Source: an uncultured Peptococcaceae bacterium
GTDB taxonomy: Bacteria; Bacillota; Peptococcia; Peptococcales; Peptococcaceae
Length of the DNA stretch: 64,000 nt
Reading direction: 5' to 3'
Assembly: GCA_964606855.1 (NCBI GenBank)
Contig: CAZSHM010000003.1
Coordinates: forward strand, 9,172 to 73,171
Numbering within the stretch: position 1 is the first letter of the stretch; every line of letters starts with the position of its first letter. The notes under the pieces were generated by a model that was not told the origin of the DNA, made no database searches, and worked only from the letters and a program-made list of their open reading frames with translations. Position numbers and translations under genes: made by a program. Positions 1 to 8,215 of the stretch are shown here, one piece after another.

Positions 1-629
1 TTCGCCAGCGTCCCGCCCTTGACGGGCTCCATCACCGTGACGGACTTTCCGTGCTTCCGCGCCGTCTCATAATTCGCCCGGGAGGAGACGGACGGGTTCT
101 CCCAGTCGGCATAGTTGATCTGGAGCTGGACGAAATCCACCTCCGGATGCTCCGTCAGAAGCTGATCCAAAAGTTCCGGCCCCGCATGGTAGGAGAAGCC
201 GAAATGCCGGATGAGCCCCTTCGCTTTCTGTTCCTGTACAAACTCCCAGAGATGAAATTTTTCATATTTTTTATAGTTGTTCTCCATGATCGAGTGGAGA
301 AGATAGTAGTCAAAATAGCCGGCCCCGGTGCGTTTCAGGCTGGTATAAAACTGATTTTTGGCCGTCTTCTCTGTGGGCGCCATGAGAAACGCATTGATTT
401 TGGTGCAGAGTGTGTAGGCTTCTCTCGGATAACGATCCACCAGCGCTTTTTTGATCGCGGCTTCCGAGCCGAGGTAAACGTATGCCGTATCAAAGTAAGT
501 AAACCCGGCCTCCAGAAACAGATCCACCATCTTCTTCAGTTGCTCCACGTCGATGCCCAGCCCCTTCTTCGGCAGACGCATCAGCCCGAATCCGAGCTTG
601 GGGACATCCTTTCCAAAGTACTCCGACAT
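1..629 (-). CDS. aldo/keto reductase family oxidoreductase (C-terminus runs off window start)
   Basis: Minus-strand translation from ATG at 629 reads MSEYFGKDVPKLGFGLMRLPKKGLGIDVEQ...FTYFDTAYVY..., a typical AKR N-terminus. It is absent from the ORF track because no stop lies in the window. The 51..986 + ORF is its antisense shadow. Confidence 0.8.
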   Translation of the reverse strand, partial: MSEYFGKDVPKLGFGLMRLPKKGLGIDVEQLKKMVDLFLEAGFTYFDTAYVYLGSEAAIKKALVDRYPREAYTLCTKINAFLMAPTEKTAKNQFYTSLKRTGAGYFDYYLLHSIMENNYKKYEKFHLWEFVQEQKAKGLIRHFGFSYHAGPELLDQLLTEHPEVDFVQLQINYADWENPSVSSRANYETARKHGKSVTVMEPVKGGTLA

Positions 630-880
630 CGCGATACCACCTTTCCGCGAAAGCTGCCGACGCGCGGGGAAAGCACATGCCTCCCGCTATCTGCCTCTCG
701 CCCTGTTTTTTCCTGTTTTTTGGGGGGATCCCGAGGCTCCCGCAATGCAGGCCGCCCCTTCCCGGCGAAAGAATCCGGATGCTTCGCCGCACACAGCACC
801 CGCGCAGAGCGCCCGGCGCGCCACAAGACGGGACTGCGCGCCGAATGCGTCCTCCCGCCCTTTCACGCACTCCTGCCTGA

Positions 881-1525
881 TCACTGGACAAGCCGTTTTC
901 CGAGCTCGTACGCACGCTGCAGATCGACCGGGAACTGTTTCTCGCGGTGCGCCGCCTTCCGGGCCGCATCGAACCTCCCCGCATAGTACTTGGAGTAATC
1001 CGAAAACTGGTAGGTGTCGCAGGCATAAAGCGTCTCGCAGCTGCCGAACATTCCGCCGATCATCTTTGCGGTCGCCCCAAATACGGCGCCGTACCCTTCC
1101 CGAAGCCCCTCCTCGGGCATGTTCATGGTCAAAATCAGCCCGCATTTCTTTTTGATCGGCAACAGCAAGTCGCGGCTCCCGTCCTCCTCATAGTGCATCG
1201 CGGGGAACAGCATGCGGTGGATCACCGAAACAGCTTCCCCCGTCATGTTGCCATAGTAGACCGGGGAACCGATGAGCACCGCATTGGCCTCGTGGATCTC
1301 TTCCAGCACAGGGCGCAGATCGTCGCGGACGGCGCAGATGCCGTTTGTACGGTTGCCGCGCAGTTTGCAGGCAAAGCAGCTCCTGCAGTCTGAATAGTGC
1401 AGGTCGTAGAGATGCAATAGTTCCGTCTCCGCCCCGGCCTCTTTCGCGCCGCGCTCCGCCTCCAGCAGCAACTTGTGCGTGTTCCAGCCCTTGCGCGGAC
1501 TTCCGTTCAGTAGAATCACCTTCAT
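881..1525 (-). CDS. flavodoxin-like NADPH-dependent FMN reductase / iron-sulfur flavoprotein-like protein
   Basis: The internal ATG at 1525 gives MKVILLNGSPRKGWNTHKLL... with a CRSCFACK...C cysteine cluster and a SPVYYGN motif. The upstream part of the 370-aa ORF is low-complexity and not credible. Confidence 0.8.
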   Translation of the reverse strand: MKVILLNGSPRKGWNTHKLLLEAERGAKEAGAETELLHLYDLHYSDCRSCFACKLRGNRTNGICAVRDDLRPVLEEIHEANAVLIGSPVYYGNMTGEAVSVIHRMLFPAMHYEEDGSRDLLLPIKKKCGLILTMNMPEEGLREGYGAVFGATAKMIGGMFGSCETLYACDTYQFSDYSKYYAGRFDAARKAAHREKQFPVDLQRAYELGKRLVQ

Positions 1526-1934
1526 CTTTCTCAACTCCTTTTCTCCGCTCCCCTGCCGCGTCTCCTCCGGGCAGCTCTGCTCCGGCGGCCGGGAAAACGG
1601 TTCTTTCGGCGGGACCCTGCTTCCGCAGCGGATCGACCCCGCCCGCTCCGCTGCATTCGGGATTGATTCTAGTATACCACGTTTCCCGCGCCCTGCGCAA
1701 ATATCTCTGGCTGTGCCAGGCAAAATTCTCCTCTCTCGCCTGTTTCTGGGTTCGCCCCGGATTCGGGTCGGAAGCACAATTTGTGTCAAACATTGGCAAA
1801 CCCCGTGGAGTTGTGCTATACTGAATTTGGTTCCCTGCAGCAGGGTGCCCGGACCGGCATGCCCTGCCGCCGGCTGTTTTGCGCGTGAGGAGGGATCTGC
1901 TTTGCTTGTCGGAATACAAGAGGAAATACTGCAT

Positions 1935-3152
1935 ATGCACGCTCTGGGGCTTCTGGAGACGCTCTTGGAGGATAAGACCACCCGTGGAAACATTCTCTGG
2001 GCCTCGGACGCCTACCGCGCGCTGGGAGACGCCTACAGACGGGATCGGGAGATGCGGCCGGAACAGATCACCGGCGCGCACTCCGGCGTGATCAAGAGCC
2101 GGGCGCGGAGGGAGCTGGAACAGCAATCCGCGCGAAGCACTCGGCGCGCCGATGCCTGCACCCCGCTCCGGGTCTGCGCCAAGATGATCGACGAAGCGGA
2201 CACGGCCTGGTTCGGCGAGGCGGATCTGTTCCGGCGGAACGGAGAGCCGACCCCGCGCGTGGTCTTCCCTTTGGGCCAGCGCTGGGAGTCCTATGTCGAT
2301 GCCCGGTGGATGGAGATCACCTGCGGCGAGGCGCCCTACCTCGTCAGCCGTTACGACGCGGTGAGCGGCGAGGCAATCCCCCCGGAGCGCCGGATTGGTA
2401 TCCTCGACCGCAAGCTGCGCGCGGTGAACGAGAACACCGCTTCGGAGGCGGAATGGCTCCGCTGGGCGATGCGGGCCCTGCAGGCGACCTACGGCTACGA
2501 GCTGCAGGGGGACAATCTGCTGATCGCGCGGCTGAATCTGCTGATGACCTTCGAGGAGTACCTGTCCGCCCGCTGGCGGCGAAAGCCGACTCCGCGCGAG
2601 TACCGCGCGGCCGCCAACATCATCGCCTGGAATCTCTGGCAGATGGACGGTCTCACGGGGATGCCCCCCTACGCCCGCGCGGCGGAATCATACCGGCAGC
2701 TATCCTTCGCGGATCTCCTGGGAGCGGAAGCGGCGGAGCCAAGCACCCTTCCGCCCTGCAAAATCTACAACTGGCGCGGCGACCGCGGCATCGCCTTTTC
2801 AGACTTGCCTGTGGGCGAAAGGCACGCGATGAAATTTGATTTTATAATCGGAACTCCGCCGCTCCAAGAGGAATCCCCGGATGCGCGCGGCGATGCCGCC
2901 GCGATCTATCCTTCTTTTGCGGATGCCGCATACGCGCTCGCCGATAAGGTCTTGCTGATCACGCCCGCACAAGTTCTTTCCCGTGCCGGATATTCTCCGG
3001 GAGAACGGAGCGAAACCATGTCCCGCGACGCGCATCTGAAAGTCCTTTTTTATGAGCCCGATTCCGCAAAGCTCTTCCCCGGGATCGATTTAGAAGGCGG
3101 TGTCGCCATCACCTTGCACGACAAAGATAAAGCGTCCGGAGCAGGCAATTAA
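1935..3152 (+). pseudogene. degenerate / probably truncated N6-adenine DNA methyltransferase-like protein (Eco57I/subunit-M-like family)
   Basis: The family signature is retained: NILWASDAY..., WMEITCGEAPYLVSRYDAVSGE, GILDRKLR, YGYELQGDNLL, NIIAWNLWQMDG. The catalytic motif IV reads GTPPLQ instead of (N/D)PPY, and AEVFTP-like is ADACTP. The ORF stops shortly after the MTase core. No partner restriction gene is present. Confidence 0.55.
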
Positions 3153-3231
3153 GCCTGCTCCGCAACCGGAAGCGCGTCGCATATCCCGGGGACGACGCCG
3201 CGGCTTTTTTCAGGTTTTTTGCAAAATGCGC

Positions 3232-3260
3232 TTGACAAATCGGCCGTTATCCCGTATGAT
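3232..3260 (+). promoter_or_regulatory. sigma-A-type promoter of the T-box operon
   Basis: TTGACA (3232-3237), 17-nt spacer, TATGAT (3255-3260). Confidence 0.6.
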
Positions 3261-3267
3261 ACAAAAA

Positions 3268-3553
3268 AAGCAAAGCGGATGAAACCGATGCGTAAGAGGA
3301 GTACCGGCAGAGCCTGTTGGCTCAGAGAGCCGCGGATGGTGCGAGTGCGGCGCGACAGACTGCCGGGAATGGGCTTACAAGGGCGGCCCGAACGGAGCGT
3401 TTCCCGCTCCCGGTAGGCGTCGACGGGAACTCTGCCCGTTACAAAGAGAGCATACATGGCGGTGTATGGAATGAGTGGGCCGCAAGGCGAATCTGGGTGG
3501 TACCGCAGGTGCAATCGAGCACTTGTCCCTCGAGGGACAGGTGCTGTTTTTTT
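3268..3553 (+). promoter_or_regulatory. T-box leader RNA, probable Trp (UGG) specifier, with intrinsic terminator
   Basis: Stem I carries AGUA (3300-3303), stem ccggcag/ctgccgg, and GAA-UGG-G on the 3' side (UGG at 3370-3372). AG bay AGAGAG and distal loop UGGUGCGAG are present, as is an F-box-like CCCGUUAC (about 3434). The T-box sequence AAUCUGGGUGGUACCGC lies at about 3490-3507. A terminator hairpin at 3519-3544 is followed by UGUUUUUUU. Confidence 0.85.
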
Positions 3554-3684
3554 ATCCGCCCCGCGCCGCTACCCCCCCCGCTCGGCCCGCCTTCCCCTGC
3601 CCCGCGGGCGGCAGCGAAACGAAGTTTGCTTCCGATTTTGTCTCCGGATTTTTTCCGAATTTTGCTTCCAAGGAGGTCTTTCCC

Positions 3685-4779
3685 ATGGAAAATTACAGTC
3701 TGCTGATGCCCAACTACTCCATCGGCACGGACATCTACCGCTTCATCCCCCGGTTCTGCGCCCCTTACGGCAAAAAAGTGATCGCCATCGGCGGCCACAA
3801 AGCCACCGCGGCGGCAAGGCCAGAGATCGAGGCGGCCGTTCGCGGCAGCAGCCTTGAGATTCTCGGCTTTCTCTGGCACGGCGGCGAAGCTTCCTATGAG
3901 AACATCGCCCGCCTGCAGGCAGATCCGCTGGTGCAGGAAGCGGACATGATCTTCGCCATCGGCGGCGGCAAAGCGCTGGATGTCGGCAAAGGGCTGGGTG
4001 CGAAGACGGGGAAACCGGTGTTCACCTTTCCCACCATCGCCTCCACCTGCGCGGCGGTGACCTCTGTGGCGATTCTCTACCGCCCGGACGGCACCTTCCT
4101 GGAACCGTTCTTTTTCCTGCAGCCGCCGCTGCACGCCTTCATTCACACGGGCATCATCGCCGCCGCGCCCAGCCAGTATCTGTGGGCGGGCTTGGGCGAC
4201 ACCTGCTCGAAATATTACGAGACGACCGTCTCCGCCCGCGGCGACCGGCTGGAGCATTTCACGGCCCTGGGCGTGCAGCTGAGCCGCCAGTGCGTGGAAC
4301 CGCTCCTGCTCTACGGCGCGGAGGCCATGGCGGAAAACAAGGCCGGCCGGGCGGGCCGCGCACTGGAGGAAGTGGTGCTGGCGGTCATCGTCACCACCGG
4401 GCTGGTCTCGATCTTCGTCACACGGGATCACACGCCCAACTACAACAGCGGCTTGGCACACGCCATCTTTTACGCCATGACGCGCCTGCCGCACTTTGAG
4501 GAGACGCATCTCCACGGCGAGGTGGTGGGTTTCGCCGTGCTGCCGCTCCTGCTTTACGACGGACAGGACGCGGAATTCGAGCGGATCTACCGTTTCAACC
4601 GCTCTGTGGGGCTCCCCGTCTCCCTGGAGGAGATCCGGATCTCGGCGGAGGAGATGGAGGGGCTCTACAGCGTCGTCCCCACGATGAAGGACGTGCAGCA
4701 TTATCCCTACCCCATCACACCGGATAAGCTGGCAGATGTATTCGAGCGGCTGGATCGCTATCACAAGGCGCATCTGTAA
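3685..4779 (+). CDS. iron-containing alcohol dehydrogenase / glycerol dehydrogenase (GldA)-like oxidoreductase
   Basis: AGGAGG RBS lies 8 nt before the ATG. GGGKALD nucleotide-binding motif, TIASTCAAVT, and candidate metal ligands in GLGDTCSKYYE, GLAHAIF and HLHGEVVG. Confidence 0.8.
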   Translation: MENYSLLMPNYSIGTDIYRFIPRFCAPYGKKVIAIGGHKATAAARPEIEAAVRGSSLEILGFLWHGGEASYENIARLQADPLVQEADMIFAIGGGKALDVGKGLGAKTGKPVFTFPTIASTCAAVTSVAILYRPDGTFLEPFFFLQPPLHAFIHTGIIAAAPSQYLWAGLGDTCSKYYETTVSARGDRLEHFTALGVQLSRQCVEPLLLYGAEAMAENKAGRAGRALEEVVLAVIVTTGLVSIFVTRDHTPNYNSGLAHAIFYAMTRLPHFEETHLHGEVVGFAVLPLLLYDGQDAEFERIYRFNRSVGLPVSLEEIRISAEEMEGLYSVVPTMKDVQHYPYPITPDKLADVFERLDRYHKAHL

Positions 4780-4894
4780 GCCGGGCGCGCCGCCGGGAGC
4801 GGCACACTGTCCACCGGGAACTCCGCGCGGCACGCGCCGCCGGTTCCAATAGCGTTGCATCAAAAAAAATACTTTGATTTGGAGGGGTTTCAAA

Positions 4895-5935
4895 ATGAAA
4901 CAGACAAAAAAAGGACTCAAAAAGCTGCTGGCACTCGCCCTGGCGGGCGCCATGCTGTTCGGCCTCACGGCCTGCGGCGGCTCCCAGGACAATGCGGAGC
5001 AGGGCGGCCAGGCAAACGGCGAAAAGCTGCAGATCGGCGTGATCCAGATGATCGACAACGGCGCCTTCGAGGATATGCGCGAGGGGTTCCTGCAGGAACT
5101 GCAGGATAAGGGCTACGGGGACGACCAGGTGGAGATCCTCTACCGCAACGCGCAGGGCGACGCCACAAACCTGAACACCATCTGCCAGGAAATGGTCGAT
5201 AGCGGCGTCGATCTCGTGGCGACCATCGCCACGCCCGCCACGCAGGCCATGGTCGCCATGGAGAGCGACATCCCGGTCGTCTTTATCTCTGTCAGCGATC
5301 CCGTGAGCGCCGGCGTTCTCACCGATATGGAGCATCCGGATAAGAACGCGACCGGCACCTCCAATGCCATCCCCATCAGCGAAATTTTCGGTCTTTCCGA
5401 GCAGCTGACGCCGGGTGTGCAGACCTACGGCATTCTCTACTGCACGAGCGAGGTCAACTCCGTGAGCACGGCGGAACAGGCCAAGGCGTATCTGGATGAG
5501 AACGGGCTGCACTATGTGGAGAAAGTTGTCACGAACTCCTCCGAAGTGCAGCAGGCGGCGCAGTCCCTGGTCGGCAGCGTGGACGCGCTCTTCATCCCCA
5601 ACGACAGCGTGGTGCAGGCTGCAATGCCGCTGGTCTCTGAGGTGGCCCGCGACGCGAAGATTCCCGTCTATGGCAGCTCCGCGGTCATGGTGAACTCCGG
5701 CGCACTCGCCACCGTCGCCATCACGGACACCCAGATCGGCGCCATCTCCGCTGACATGGCGATCCAGTACCTGGAAGGCACGGCCATCGCCGACATCCCG
5801 GCGCAGGTTGTCCCCGCCGACGCCATCCTCGTCAACCAGACAACCGCCGATGTCCTGGCGCTCGACCTGGACACCGCTCTGTCCGGCGTGGGGGATACCT
5901 ACACCGTGACGGTGGTGGAGGACAGCGCCGAGTAA
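4895..5935 (+). CDS. ABC transporter substrate-binding lipoprotein (ABC_sub_bind type, putative Trp/Tyr uptake family)
   Basis: MKQTKKGLKKLLALALAGAMLFGLTAC lipobox. KLQIGVIQMIDNGAFEDMREGF...NAQGD...ATIATPATQA...VFISVSDPVSAG...NATGTS is typical of this family. Confidence 0.85.
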   Translation: MKQTKKGLKKLLALALAGAMLFGLTACGGSQDNAEQGGQANGEKLQIGVIQMIDNGAFEDMREGFLQELQDKGYGDDQVEILYRNAQGDATNLNTICQEMVDSGVDLVATIATPATQAMVAMESDIPVVFISVSDPVSAGVLTDMEHPDKNATGTSNAIPISEIFGLSEQLTPGVQTYGILYCTSEVNSVSTAEQAKAYLDENGLHYVEKVVTNSSEVQQAAQSLVGSVDALFIPNDSVVQAAMPLVSEVARDAKIPVYGSSAVMVNSGALATVAITDTQIGAISADMAIQYLEGTAIADIPAQVVPADAILVNQTTADVLALDLDTALSGVGDTYTVTVVEDSAE

Positions 5936-6037
5936 TCGGCGCGCAGCGCGGCATGTGCAAATCTCCGTGCTTTCCGGGGATCCGCAAGGGGCTGCTGTGA
6001 GGATCCGCCGCAGCGCATCCCGATACAGGGACTTTCC

Positions 6038-6080
6038 TTCCGCGCGTCCGGGCACAGAGCCCGGCGCGCGGAAGATTTTT
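6038..6080 (+). terminator. intra-operon intrinsic terminator/attenuator after the binding-protein gene
   Basis: A 14-bp GC stem ttccgcgcg(t)ccggg / cccggcgcgcggaa is followed by gaTTTTT. Confidence 0.6.
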
Positions 6081-6310
6081 GCCCGAGCGGGATTCCGCGC
6101 CGCGCGTGCGGCCGCACTTCCGCGCCGCCCAAAAGCGCTGTCCTTCGAGCCATGCGGCACCGCGGCGGTTCTTCGGCGCGCTCTGCCGATGTGTTTTCCG
6201 GCCCTCTTCCGACCGCGTCTTCCCGTACCTCTTCCTGATTCGCTTTTGCACAGTCTCACGCCCTCATTCTCAGAGCGTTCTTCCGTATGTTTCGCAAAGG
6301 AGTTTTTGCA

Positions 6311-7234
6311 ATGGTTCTACTGCTCGGTTCTCTCCAGCTGGGTCTCATCTATGGAATGCTGGCGCTGGGCGTCTACATCACCTTCCGCATCATGAACGTG
6401 CCCGACCTGACCGCCGAGGGCAGCTTTACGCTGGGGCTGGCGCTGTCCGCGGTATGCACCATCGCGGGGCATCCGCTCCTGGGCCTTCTCGCGGCGCTCC
6501 TGGCCGGGGCGGCGGCGGGCTGCGTCACCGGCATCCTGCACACAAAACTGCACATCCACCCCATCCTCTCCGGCATCCTCACCATGAGCGGCCTCTACTC
6601 GGTCAATCTCATGGCCATGGGCAACAGTTCTAATCTGTCCCTCATCAATGCCAACACCATCTTCAAGATGGCGGGCGACCTGCTGCCGTTCCTGGACAAG
6701 GATCTGGTGAAACTTCTGGTGGCGCTGTGCTTCTCCGCCCTCGTCCTGATTCTGCTCATCCTGTTCTTCAAGACACACGTGGGGCTCTGCATCCGCGCCA
6801 CGGGCGACAACGAGGACATGGTGCGCGCCTCCTCGATCCATGTGGATCACACCAAAATTCTGGCGCTGGCCGTGAGCAACGCGATCATCGGGTTCTCCGG
6901 CGGGCTCATCGCCCAGTACCAGAGTTTCGCCGACATCAACTCCGGCGTGGGAATCCTGGTGGTGGGGCTGGCCTCGGTCATCATCGGCGAGGTGCTTCTG
7001 GGGCGGCACGCGCTCCCCGGCACAATGCTGGCGGTCGTGGCGGGCTCCATCATCTACCGCTTCATCATCGCACTGGTGACGCGCTACACCTTCCTGCCGG
7101 CCTACACGCTGAAACTGATCTCCGCCTGCATCGTGGCGCTGGCACTCTCTCTGCCCGCGCTGCGGGCGTACCTGAACTTGCGGAGCGCGCGAAAGGAGGC
7201 GCGGAACCATGCTGCAACTGAAAGCGATCTCTAA
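6311..7234 (+). CDS. ABC transporter permease (BPD_transp_2-like, partner of the ABC_sub_bind binding protein)
   Basis: AAGGAG lies 8 nt before the ATG at 6311. The protein is polytopic and hydrophobic: MVLLLGSLQLGLIYGMLALGVYITFRIMNVPDLTAEGSF... Confidence 0.85.
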   Translation: MVLLLGSLQLGLIYGMLALGVYITFRIMNVPDLTAEGSFTLGLALSAVCTIAGHPLLGLLAALLAGAAAGCVTGILHTKLHIHPILSGILTMSGLYSVNLMAMGNSSNLSLINANTIFKMAGDLLPFLDKDLVKLLVALCFSALVLILLILFFKTHVGLCIRATGDNEDMVRASSIHVDHTKILALAVSNAIIGFSGGLIAQYQSFADINSGVGILVVGLASVIIGEVLLGRHALPGTMLAVVAGSIIYRFIIALVTRYTFLPAYTLKLISACIVALALSLPALRAYLNLRSARKEARNHAATESDL

Positions 7235-8003
7235 AACCTTCTCCCCCGGCACACTGAACGAGCACAAGGCGCTGCGGAAGATTGATCTGACGCTGGAGGA
7301 CGGCGAGTTCGTCACCCTGGTAGGCTCCAACGGCGCGGGCAAATCCACCCTCTTCAACATCATCTGCGGCAACTTCTATCCCGACGAGGGATCCGTCCTG
7401 ATCGACGGCCGAGACATCACCTGGATGCCGGAGCACAAGCGCGCCGCCTTCATCGGCCGCGTCTTCCAGGATCCCATGCGCGGCACCGCGCCCAACCTGA
7501 CGATCGAGGAGAATCTGGCGCTGGCCTACTCCCGCAGCAAACACGGGCCGTTCCACTTTGCCATCAACAAGAAGGACAGCGCGTTTTTCCGAGAGTCCCT
7601 GGCGCAGTACAATATGGGCCTGGAAGACCGGATGCGCACCAAGGTGGGGCTTTTATCGGGCGGGCAGCGGCAGGTGGTCACACTCCTGATGTGCACGCTC
7701 GTGCCGCCAAAGCTGCTCCTGCTCGACGAGCACACCGCCGCCCTAGATCCTGCCACCTCGGAAAAAATCATGGAGGTCACGCGGGAGATCGTCCGCGCCA
7801 ACCATTTGACCACGATGATGATCACGCACAATCTGACCGCTGCCCTCAAGACGGGCAGCCGCACCATCATGATGGACGACGGACAGCTGATTCTCGATGT
7901 CAGCGGCAGGGAGCGGGAGGCGATGTCGCTGAACGACCTCCTGGCGCTCTACAGCAGCAGAAGCAACAAGACGTTCGACAACGACCGCATGCTGCTCACC
8001 TGA
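7209..8003 (+). CDS. ABC transporter ATP-binding protein
   Basis: Walker A GSNGAGKST, signature LSGGQRQ, Walker B LLLLDEHTAALD. It overlaps the permease gene by 26 nt. Confidence 0.9.
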   Translation: MLQLKAISKTFSPGTLNEHKALRKIDLTLEDGEFVTLVGSNGAGKSTLFNIICGNFYPDEGSVLIDGRDITWMPEHKRAAFIGRVFQDPMRGTAPNLTIEENLALAYSRSKHGPFHFAINKKDSAFFRESLAQYNMGLEDRMRTKVGLLSGGQRQVVTLLMCTLVPPKLLLLDEHTAALDPATSEKIMEVTREIVRANHLTTMMITHNLTAALKTGSRTIMMDDGQLILDVSGREREAMSLNDLLALYSSRSNKTFDNDRMLLT

Positions 8004-8090
8004 AGCGCCTCTTCTCGCCCCGTCCGGATGCGCGGCGCGGGACAGTGCAGCCGCAGGGGGTTCCTGCGTTTCAGAAGCCTCTTTCAAATA

Positions 8091-8126
8091 ACGGCGCGGG
8101 GTTTCGGAAGTCGAACCCTGCGCCGT
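8091..8126. terminator. hairpin between convergent genes (probable bidirectional terminator)
   Basis: acggcgcggggtt / aaccctgcgccgt 13-bp stem with one G-U pair, followed by a T-rich tail. Confidence 0.45.
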
Positions 8127-8215
8127 CTATTCTACCTTTCTATTCTGCCTTCCTCTGCGATCGCTGCTCTGTGCCCTCCGGATGCCGCGCCGGCGGCAGG
8201 CTGCCTCCTCCGCGC

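Noticed and set aside
51-986. 311-aa plus-strand ORF at the window start
   Set aside because: It is antisense to the aldo/keto reductase, whose minus-strand translation is clearly homologous to AKRs. The plus-strand product is low-complexity.
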